DNA of 64,000 nucleotides from Phycisphaerales bacterium (GTDB lineage Bacteria; Planctomycetota; Phycisphaerae; UBA1845): NCBI GenBank assembly GCA_020348265.1, contig CP070744.1, positions 3,197,866 to 3,261,865 of the forward strand, read 5' to 3'. Shown piece by piece: positions 11,591 to 18,975 of this stretch (position 1 is its first letter; each line of letters starts with the position of its first letter). The notes under the pieces were generated by a model. It saw only the letters and a program-made list of their open reading frames with translations, ran no database searches and was not told where the DNA came from. The position numbers and the translations under genes were made by a program.

Positions 11591-11797
11591 TCACGCGTCC
11601 TCCGACGTTTGGTCGACAATGCGTCCCTCGAAAAAATGGACCGTTCGATCGGCATGGACGGCATCTAGTGTCGGCAACGTCTGAGCCGCCGCTGGCAGGC
11701 TTAGCCCGAGTGCCGCGACCAGGGTTGCGAGAAGAAGGAACCCGATCCGATGTCCCCGGGGAATAGAGGTGCTGCCTGCATCACATAATCTCACCAT
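11591..11797 (-). pseudogene. N-terminal remnant of a secreted protein (68 aa)
   Basis: AAGGAG SD, signal peptide ending PAAA-Q, stop after about 30 mature residues. Confidence 0.4.
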
Positions 11798-12003
11798 TAT
11801 CTTGCTCCTTAGATTTGTCGCAGAATTGCCCATTGCTCGGCTCACACCCCTGCTCGCCGATTCAGCTGATCCCTCGATACCCCGGCCACGCAACATCCGC
11901 TGCGCTCGCCGAAAGGTCGTCCTCTCCGACGGCTCGAGACGCTGTTTTGTGCCGAGAACTCGTGGACAATCAGCGCGTCGAGCTTACAGGCCAAGAACTC
12001 TGA

Positions 12004-12059
12004 AGTAGCTCGGGTTTCGCCCTCAATCAACGCTCGCGTCGGGCATAGCCCGACCTACG
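12004..12059. repeat. Inverted pair of GTAG-type REP elements (REPIN-like)
   Basis: GTAGCTCGGGTTTCGCCC ... GTCGGGC-ATA-GCCCGAC-CTAC. Confidence 0.65.
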
Positions 12060-12269
12060 TTGCTCGAAACGCTGTCTTGTGCCGAGAATTTGTGGGCACC
12101 CAGGGCTTCGAGCCTAAAGGCCAACCACTCTGGAGATACACACTCACTAGTATCTATTCGTGACCTCACCTCGAAATATTTCCTGCCGCCTACTAAAGAT
12201 GTGGCCCAAGCACTCCATTTGGGCTGTTTGACCGCTGCAGAAAAAAGGTACGTCGGGGCAGGTTCGGCC

Positions 12270-12536
12270 TCAGTCGGTCAGGAAGGTGACCTCGGTCTGG
12301 CCGATTACGCCGCCTTGTTTTGCTCCCTCGGCGGCCTCCGGGGCGTTGATAAATGCTTGAACCTTGTCCATGTCGTCGACCTTGAACATAAACACAATCG
12401 TATTGGGATCGTCCATCTCGCGGAGAAGGTGGAGGAGGTGCAGGCCCGATTCGCGATGGGCCTTAGCGTGTGAATCGAAAACCTGCCGCCACTTCGCGTA
12501 GTCCGCAACCTTGTTCTTGCATAGCATGTAATGCAT
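12270..12536 (-). CDS. Small dimeric alpha/beta-barrel (cyclase/ABM-like) protein
   Basis: KVADYAKWRQVFDSHA...R.MDDPNTI...A..F..P pattern; probable start MHYML at 12536. Confidence 0.7.
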   Translation of the reverse strand: MHYMLCKNKVADYAKWRQVFDSHAKAHRESGLHLLHLLREMDDPNTIVFMFKVDDMDKVQAFINAPEAAEGAKQGGVIGQTEVTFLTD

Positions 12537-13152
12537 GATTCTCACCCTGCCTTGGATCTTGGACTCTTCTACTCGTCGGTAAACAACGCGCTCGCTGGTG
12601 CTATGCGCGTCGCATCACGCCAGCCCGCTCACTCCGTGCAAGCTCACCTTCGCTCCGCGGGCGGCTACGCAGCAGTAAAATCCGCAGTTCTCCGCGCGAC
12701 AACCGCCGGGGCGCGTCGGGCATAGCCCAGACACCTGCAAAGCAGGTGGGCCACCCCAACCGGAGCGGATCGCAGGTCACTGCGAGACTCGACTGTCCCA
12801 CCCCAAACCGTGTATCGAAAAGTCGCGCGCCTGGCCCGTTTTGGGTGCCTACAATAGTTATGGGGTGCATCCCGACTCGGGTGGTTTAGCCCACCCTTGA
12901 CATCGAACGCTAAGCCTCCCGACGCTTGTCGGGGTGGTCTCGCGATCGACCCCGCGGCGCGGGTGGTTAGAGAGTGGAGGGAAGGGCCCGGCAGGCTTAT
13001 TCCCGCGGCAGAATCCCGGCAGGCCCAGGATTTAGCCGTGCCCACCCTGCATGGACAACCATTCGATTCGGGATGCCCCCAGCTATTGCCACATCTTTCT
13101 TGCGACCCCCGATCCAGCGCGGCCGTATGCAATCGCCATCCGCAGGTCCGCA

Positions 13153-13190
13153 CGGGCTCAAGCCCGCAGCTCGGATCTTGAGCTGCGGGC
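13153..13190. repeat. REP pair CGGGCTCAAGCCCG / GCCCGCAGCTC...GAGCTGCGGGC
   Basis: 14-nt palindrome plus a perfect 11-bp stem (13162-13172 with 13180-13190). Confidence 0.65.
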
Positions 13191-13330
13191 AAGTGCTCCG
13201 CTACACCTTGCATGACGGGTGCCATGCCCGGGCCCGACGAAGTCGGGCGCCGGCATGCTTACGAGGCAAACACATGGCGGCGCTTCGCTTGGCCATGGCA
13301 CCCATCAGGTTACCTGTAATGAAGCACTAG
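13190..13330. mobile_element. MITE-like palindromic element, copy 1
   Basis: Imperfect TIRs of about 31 bp ending (C)TAGTG, inner GGGTGCCATG/CATGGCACCC IR and GCCCGAC-GAA-GTCGGGC hairpin; near-identical core at 24100-24257. Confidence 0.75.
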
Positions 13331-13354
13331 ACTTACGCCAAGCAATGTCCTCCA

Positions 13355-14614
13355 TCAACGCAACAGTTCGTTAGCTGCTGTGTCCAACAGCGACTCCAAT
13401 TGCGGGAGACCTACGCCGACTTCGGTATTGACCTGAACAGCGAGCGCGATCCGGTGGTCGGAGTAATAAGCCATCAACGATACGTATCCTGGCATCCAGC
13501 CGGCATGTCCGCAGACCGGGCCGCGCCTGCTCGATCTTATCATCACACCGAGTCCATACTTGCGCTGCGGATCATTCCCGATCACAACGCCGTCGAGCAA
13601 TTGCCCGAGGGTTTTGTCTTTGAGCACATCGCCGCCGTAGAGCAGCCAAGCCCAGCGGGCCAGGTCCGATGCCGTGCTGATCAACCCGCCGCCGGTCCAT
13701 TCGACCTGGGGGTTGATTGCATAACACTTATTCGGGGCAACCTCGGGAGGAATGGAGAAGGGGTTTCCTTCAACTGAATAACCGTTGATCAGCCCGCGCA
13801 GACAGGGGTGATCGGAGGGTGAGGTATCAACCAATTCGAGCGGCCCGAGGATTCTGTCGGCAAGCTCTTCATAGAACGTCCTGCCGGTGACCCGTTCGAT
13901 GATCATGCCCACAAGGATGTAGTTCGTATCCGCGTAGGACCATCCCTGACCGGGTGGAAACAGCGGCTCGGCATCAAGGACGAACGCCACCAGCTCTTCG
14001 GACTGCCAGACCTTTTGAGGCTGGTCTTTGACCGCTGCCTGAAACTCCGGGGTGAATATGTGCCGGGGGATGCCGCTGGTGTGAGTCATCAGCATGCGGA
14101 GGGTAAGCTCATACGCGTTGGGAAGTCGCGGGAACCATGCGTCTTTCCCGAACCAGTGGGAGATCTTGCTGCTCAGGTCGACTCGTCCTTCTTCGACGAG
14201 TTGGAGCATCACCGCGGATACATAGGTCTTGCCGATGCTCCCGGACAGCATCCGGTCGGTGGGCTTCATCACCCGGCCAGCGGTCCTGTCGGACACGCCC
14301 GAAGCCGGTGCCATACTGCTACCGTCGGCCAGCACCATCCCGAAGGTCGCTCCGGGGATATCGTTGGCCTTGCAGAACTTGTCCAGGCGCTTCTGCACAC
14401 GCTGGAGTCGAGCATCCGACACCTGCGGGGACAGCGTTGGGTCGACCTGGGTCGTCTTGCCTTTCTGTTTCGTCGGTGAATCCGGGGGCGCGGTCAAAGT
14501 CGAGGCACACCCCGCGATGAGTGCCATACCTGCCAGGCAGACAGCGACCCAGATCGGCCATTCGTGTGAGGCTTTCCCAGTGCAGGCTGCGTGCTTGTCG
14601 TTGCGGGTGAACAT
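13355..14614 (-). CDS. Serine hydrolase, beta-lactamase family lipoprotein
   Basis: Lipobox IAGC, SxxK (GSIGK), LMTHTSG, YADTNY, GHAGW. Confidence 0.9.
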   Translation of the reverse strand: MFTRNDKHAACTGKASHEWPIWVAVCLAGMALIAGCASTLTAPPDSPTKQKGKTTQVDPTLSPQVSDARLQRVQKRLDKFCKANDIPGATFGMVLADGSSMAPASGVSDRTAGRVMKPTDRMLSGSIGKTYVSAVMLQLVEEGRVDLSSKISHWFGKDAWFPRLPNAYELTLRMLMTHTSGIPRHIFTPEFQAAVKDQPQKVWQSEELVAFVLDAEPLFPPGQGWSYADTNYILVGMIIERVTGRTFYEELADRILGPLELVDTSPSDHPCLRGLINGYSVEGNPFSIPPEVAPNKCYAINPQVEWTGGGLISTASDLARWAWLLYGGDVLKDKTLGQLLDGVVIGNDPQRKYGLGVMIRSSRRGPVCGHAGWMPGYVSLMAYYSDHRIALAVQVNTEVGVGLPQLESLLDTAANELLR

Positions 14615-14675
14615 TTTGGAGTATTCTGTGCACCTGGCGTTGAGACCTTATGAGCATCGCTACTGCGGGCCGTTT

Positions 14676-14703
14676 TGTGCCGCTGCCCTTGAGCAGTGGC
14701 ACA
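14676..14703. repeat. REP-like palindrome TGTGCCGCTGC...GCAGTGGCACA
   Basis: 11-bp stem with one wobble pair; same family at 29495-29512 and 29538-29560. Confidence 0.6.
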
Positions 14704-14799
14704 CCCCCAGACTCAAGGTGGCCGATGCTAGTCACGCCGTTGCTGGTATAATCCCGCGTACGTAATTGAGACGTCAACCGCACTTATGTGGAGACTTGT

Positions 14800-15165
14800 A
14801 TGATGAAGAGTTCAAAACCACCTAAACCCTATCGCGATCTTCAGCGAGCCCATCCGGAGTTCATGGCCGGCTTGGAAGCTATGGGCGAGGCAGCACGCGA
14901 CGCGGGACCTCTAGACTCTAAGACCGTCGCACTGGTGAAGTTGGCTTACGGAATCGGGGCCGGGCTTGAGGGAGCCACGCACTCGCAGGTGACTCGCGCT
15001 TTCGAAACCGGCTGCAGCAAGGATGAGCTGCTGCAGGTGGCCCTGCTGGCCGCCCCGACGATCGGCTTTCCCGCGATGGTACGTGGCCGCTGCTGGGTCG
15101 TCGACGGGCTGCCCAGCAAAGCCAAGTCGCGCAAGACGACGCGCAAGAAGACCGCTCGGAAATAA
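14800..15165 (+). CDS. Carboxymuconolactone decarboxylase (CMD/AhpD-like) family protein
   Basis: GPLDSKTVALVKLAYGIGAG...HSQVTRA...G.SKDEL...AAPTIGFP; GGAGA SD before ATG at 14800. Confidence 0.85.
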   Translation: MMKSSKPPKPYRDLQRAHPEFMAGLEAMGEAARDAGPLDSKTVALVKLAYGIGAGLEGATHSQVTRAFETGCSKDELLQVALLAAPTIGFPAMVRGRCWVVDGLPSKAKSRKTTRKKTARK

Positions 15166-15212
15166 GGCAGCGCGCAGGATATCCGGGCTGCACAAAGTCG
15201 CTTACTCGGCAA

Positions 15213-16748
15213 TCATTGCGGAGTCATGGTTCCGCTGCATGACGCCGGCGGATCGGACAATACCAGATCGAGCAGGATGGTTCCGTCCTCTTGCAGGGAC
15301 AAGGTCATATCGTGCCCGTCGATACCGAAGGCAAGTACATCGCCAGCAGTAGCGGTGGAGCCATCGAGTGCCAACGGGATGTCGTCATTGTCCCCCAGGC
15401 CTCGAAGCACGAACCCGCCGTCCACGTCCTCCAGGCTGACGAAGGCGTCAAGATCATCGCACGTTCCGATGAACATGTAGTCGCCGGGGGTCTCGACCCA
15501 GGGGTCGGAATCGCAGACATCACCTGCGCCGTCGTCATCACCGTCAGCCTGGTCAGGATTGGAGTCATCGGGGCAGTTATCACATACGTCGCCGATATCA
15601 TCATCGTCGGCGTCAGCCTGATCTTCGTTGGGGTCATCCGGGCAGTTATCGCAGATATCCCCCACCCCGTCCTCGTCGGTGTCGGTCTGGTCAGGACTGG
15701 CGGTATCGGGGCAGTTGTCGCAGTCGTTGGGCCAGCCGTCGTTGTCGCGGTCATCCTCGGAGTTCATGAATGACTCGTGCTGCCCGCCCGCACCCCCGGC
15801 AAGGCGCGACTCAGCCTCTTTGTTGAAGGTGCATTCGAAAGCCAGGCCCGGCTTATCCGACGGGGCCATACCGGGCTGAAAACAGCTCGATGGGGCGGCG
15901 GTGAAGATGTCGAAGAAGCTGTCGCAATCGATGTCCACGGGGATGTCGGGCGTGACGCGAACGATGCCGTGATCGTCGGGATCGAACTCGCCCGGACCTC
16001 CGATGAGAACCCAACCGTTGTCCTCGCCTTCAAGCAACAAAGCATCGCAGGGCTGATCCGCATCTCCACAGTCGACCGTTCGGGTCTCCCCGTCGGAAGA
16101 GCGGGTGAAGCTGAACTTGGGTAGCACGGGAATGCTCGAGTCGAACGTCCCCCCATCGTCGCTTTCCAGGTGGATGGAGATAGAACCTACCGACTGGCGC
16201 TGACTGGACAGACAAACCGAAACATCCCACTGCTCGGATGTCTGGCCGTCGCCATAGGTAACCGTAATCGGATCGACGCTGGTAAGGCTCAGGGCGACGA
16301 TCTCCACGTCGACGGTCACCGACTCGCCCACCTCAGGCGGGCAGATATCTTCGTGCCGCCGTACGATCGTGTCAGCAGGAGAAAGGGCGCCGGCGGGATC
16401 CGTATTGAGCGGCGCTCCTTTGAGGGTGATGGTCCCCGTAAACGGATCGGAGCCCGATCCGAAGAAATCCGCAGGAATAGGCATCTCGATGAAGCCTGAA
16501 TAGTCCGTCTCGCTGCCTTCGGGCGTTGTCCAAAGGTCGTCGGCGGGATTCCCCGTGCCGCCCGTGCTGTCGTTCTGATTGTCATCACCGTTGTCGTTCG
16601 GATCAGTGCTGTTGTCGTTGTCATTTGCATCAGGCGTGGTGTTGTCATTTGCATCCCCTCCACCGGTGGGAGGACATGCAGACATCGGGATGATGATAAG
16701 AGCCAATACCACTACGCCCGCCAGTTTCAGACCATCAAACCTGCTCAT
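15213..16748 (-). CDS. Acidic lipoprotein with thrombospondin type-3-like Ca-binding repeats
   Basis: Lipobox MSAC, N/D-rich linker, three tandem D.D.DG.GD.CDNCP repeats. Confidence 0.8.
   Translation of the reverse strand: MSRFDGLKLAGVVVLALIIIPMSACPPTGGGDANDNTTPDANDNDNSTDPNDNGDDNQNDSTGGTGNPADDLWTTPEGSETDYSGFIEMPIPADFFGSGSDPFTGTITLKGAPLNTDPAGALSPADTIVRRHEDICPPEVGESVTVDVEIVALSLTSVDPITVTYGDGQTSEQWDVSVCLSSQRQSVGSISIHLESDDGGTFDSSIPVLPKFSFTRSSDGETRTVDCGDADQPCDALLLEGEDNGWVLIGGPGEFDPDDHGIVRVTPDIPVDIDCDSFFDIFTAAPSSCFQPGMAPSDKPGLAFECTFNKEAESRLAGGAGGQHESFMNSEDDRDNDGWPNDCDNCPDTASPDQTDTDEDGVGDICDNCPDDPNEDQADADDDDIGDVCDNCPDDSNPDQADGDDDGAGDVCDSDPWVETPGDYMFIGTCDDLDAFVSLEDVDGGFVLRGLGDNDDIPLALDGSTATAGDVLAFGIDGHDMTLSLQEDGTILLDLVLSDPPASCSGTMTPQ
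15510..15760 (-). repeat. Three tandem 69-bp (23-aa) TSP3-like coding repeats
   Basis: DNDGWPNDCDNCP / DEDGVGDICDNCP / DDDDIGDVCDNCP / DDDGAGDVCD. Confidence 0.85.
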
Positions 16749-17054
16749 ACCGATTCTCCTGAGCCTCGAGAGTCGTCGTATTACGTCAAAGCCGTGGCCC
16801 GCGCATTCCGTGAAACCGCAGGCGGCAAACTGTACTTATCGTAAAAAGAGGCACTTTTGCCTTACCGGAAATGCTCTAAGGCCGCACGCACGCCCTGTTG
16901 CGTTGCCCGCGCCACCTGGAAGTGCATCTTGATCTCAGCCCTCCACTGGAGTGAGCACTTTGGTAAGGAGACTCCACGTGTTATTATTAGCTCGATTCCT
17001 CGGCGGTTGGAGCGGGCTGGTACCGTGGGGGCGAGAATCAGCGAGGATAGTAAC

Positions 17055-17555
17055 TTGAGATCTTCCGTGTGCTCGATCTGTCTGGTAGTCATCGCGGCCT
17101 GTTGGGGCTGCGCGACGACATCCGTTGAACACGTTGATGGACCGAGCAGCTCGGTGCTTTCGGGCTTTGACTGGCTGGTGGGCAGTTGGATCGAAGAACG
17201 CGAAGGCACGACAAAGGAAGAGATCTGGATCGTACCGCGCAGCGACGCGATGTTCGGCATAGCGAGAGATGTCGCTAACGGTAAGACGGTGTTCTTTGAG
17301 TACCTGCGCATCGAACACCGGCCGGAAGGGGTCTTCTATATAGCGAGTCCAAAGGGCAGGTATCCGCCGACGGCCTTCAAGATGATCGAGCCTCCGACAT
17401 CCACTCGCACACGGGCAGTCTTCGAGAATCCGGATCACGACTTTCCCAAGCAGATCACCTATTGGCGCGAGGGCGATACACTCTACGCCCGGATCGCAGG
17501 CGACCGGAAAGGCGTACGCTCGCAACAGGACCTCGCGTGGCGTCTTGCAGACTAG
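17055..17555 (+). CDS. DUF6265-like exported protein
   Basis: FDWLVGSW, EEIW..P, VFFEYLRIE, FENPDHDFPKQITY; probable TTG start at 17055 after GAGGA; WGC lipobox-like. Confidence 0.7.
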   Translation: MRSSVCSICLVVIAACWGCATTSVEHVDGPSSSVLSGFDWLVGSWIEEREGTTKEEIWIVPRSDAMFGIARDVANGKTVFFEYLRIEHRPEGVFYIASPKGRYPPTAFKMIEPPTSTRTRAVFENPDHDFPKQITYWREGDTLYARIAGDRKGVRSQQDLAWRLAD

Positions 17556-17970
17556 ACGAGCGCGCGTACTCGCTACACCGCACCCGGTCTTCGCGGTGAC
17601 AGATCGACGAAGGCCTGCTCCGGGTCCGGGCACGCGCGATCGATCCTCTCGATAAGCATTTCCCCAATCCGTGTCCTTCTTGGGCTCGGCGGTGTCCAAT
17701 CGCGGTCGTTATCGGCTCGGTCCTGTGATCGGCCATCCCGAAGGACCTATACGGAAACGTGCCGTAACCGGCCATCTCCTGCCTGTTCGTCCGTTACCTC
17801 AGTCGTTGTGCTTCACGTGACGATGTACTCGTGCGGTGTACCGCTGGAACGTAGTCGGTCTTGAGGTCGCGCTGGGGGTTCGTGAGAGCCCGGTCAACGC
17901 GTCGGGCCCATGCGGATCATGCGGCATGGGTCGCGCTGCTACGTCCCCGCAGCCTGGCCGGTAATCACCA

Positions 17971-18975
17971 GTGCCTGGAAGCTTCGCGATGGCGTCAACG
18001 GTGTATGAGCAAATCAAGAGCAGCAAACAGCTCCCATCTCCCACGGGCGTTGCGCTTGAAGTTCTCAGGCTCTCCCAAGACCCGAATTCCACCGTCGATG
18101 AGTTTGCGGGCGTGATCGAAGCGGATCCGGCACTGAGTTCGCGAGTCCTCAAGCTGGTCAACTGTCCGCTTTCCGGGCTTTCTCGACAGATCACATCGGT
18201 CTCCCGAGCGGCCGCCCTGTTGGGGGTCAAGACCGTCACGCAACTGACCCTGGGCTTCTCGCTGGTTGATAACAACCGCAAAGGCGCGTGTTCAGCTTTT
18301 GACTACGATCTATTCTGGTCCGAGTCTCTGGCAGTCGCAGTGGCGTCGAGACACATAGTCAATTATCTCAAGTGTTTCCCGCCGGATGAGGTCTTCACTA
18401 CGGGGCTCATCAGCCAGGTTGGCCGCCTGGCACTGGCAACGGCGTTTCCCGAAGCCTACGCCAACGCACTCTACGTAACCCCCGCGGATAATCCTCGCGA
18501 GCTTGCCGACATCGAAGAGGCCGTCTTCAGCATCAACCATTGCGCCCTGGCGGCGGAAATGATGGCTGACTGGCACGTACCCGTGGTGTTTCAACGGGCT
18601 GTGCGAGCGCAGCTGGAGCCTGACACCCACGAACTGGAGCCTGATTCCCGGCCGCATCTTCTGGCGCGGATCTTGAACCTGGCTGCATCCATCGCCTCAA
18701 TCCTCCCCACGCTCACGGTTCATCGGGAAGGACTTACGGAGTTGACCATCAAAGCCCATCGACTTGGGATTCCGCCTGATGTGTACCCTCAGGTGTTTGA
18801 CTCAATCAGTGAAGAGTGGCGTGAAGCCAGCACCATATACTCCGTGCACACCAGACGAGTGCCTTCGCTTGCGGAGATTTACTCTCAAGCCCGAATGTGC
18901 CAGCGTGCTTCAGAGATGCGCCCTGGACAGTTGACCGAGGAAGATGTGAGTGAGGGTCGCTATGTCCGAGGCTGA
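17971..18975 (+). CDS. HDOD domain protein
   Basis: LPSPTGVALEVL, DPALSSRVLKLVN, SVSRAAALLG, FW.ESL..A, GLISQVGRLAL, W..P. Confidence 0.9.
   Translation: MPGSFAMASTVYEQIKSSKQLPSPTGVALEVLRLSQDPNSTVDEFAGVIEADPALSSRVLKLVNCPLSGLSRQITSVSRAAALLGVKTVTQLTLGFSLVDNNRKGACSAFDYDLFWSESLAVAVASRHIVNYLKCFPPDEVFTTGLISQVGRLALATAFPEAYANALYVTPADNPRELADIEEAVFSINHCALAAEMMADWHVPVVFQRAVRAQLEPDTHELEPDSRPHLLARILNLAASIASILPTLTVHREGLTELTIKAHRLGIPPDVYPQVFDSISEEWREASTIYSVHTRRVPSLAEIYSQARMCQRASEMRPGQLTEEDVSEGRYVRG

Noticed and set aside
8530-13355. Bona fide integron cassette array
   Set aside because: No integrase, and no correctly oriented RYYYAAC...GTTRRRY pairs after the genes; only loose resemblance
17560-17960. Small ORFs on the - strand between the DUF6265 and HDOD genes
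   Set aside because: Low-complexity Arg/Pro-rich translations with poorly spaced SD; likely non-coding
18950-18975. Programmed frameshift fusing HDOD to the REC-GGDEF protein
   Set aside because: The short overlap with its own ATG and SD-like GAGGG is ordinary translational coupling; no slippery sequence
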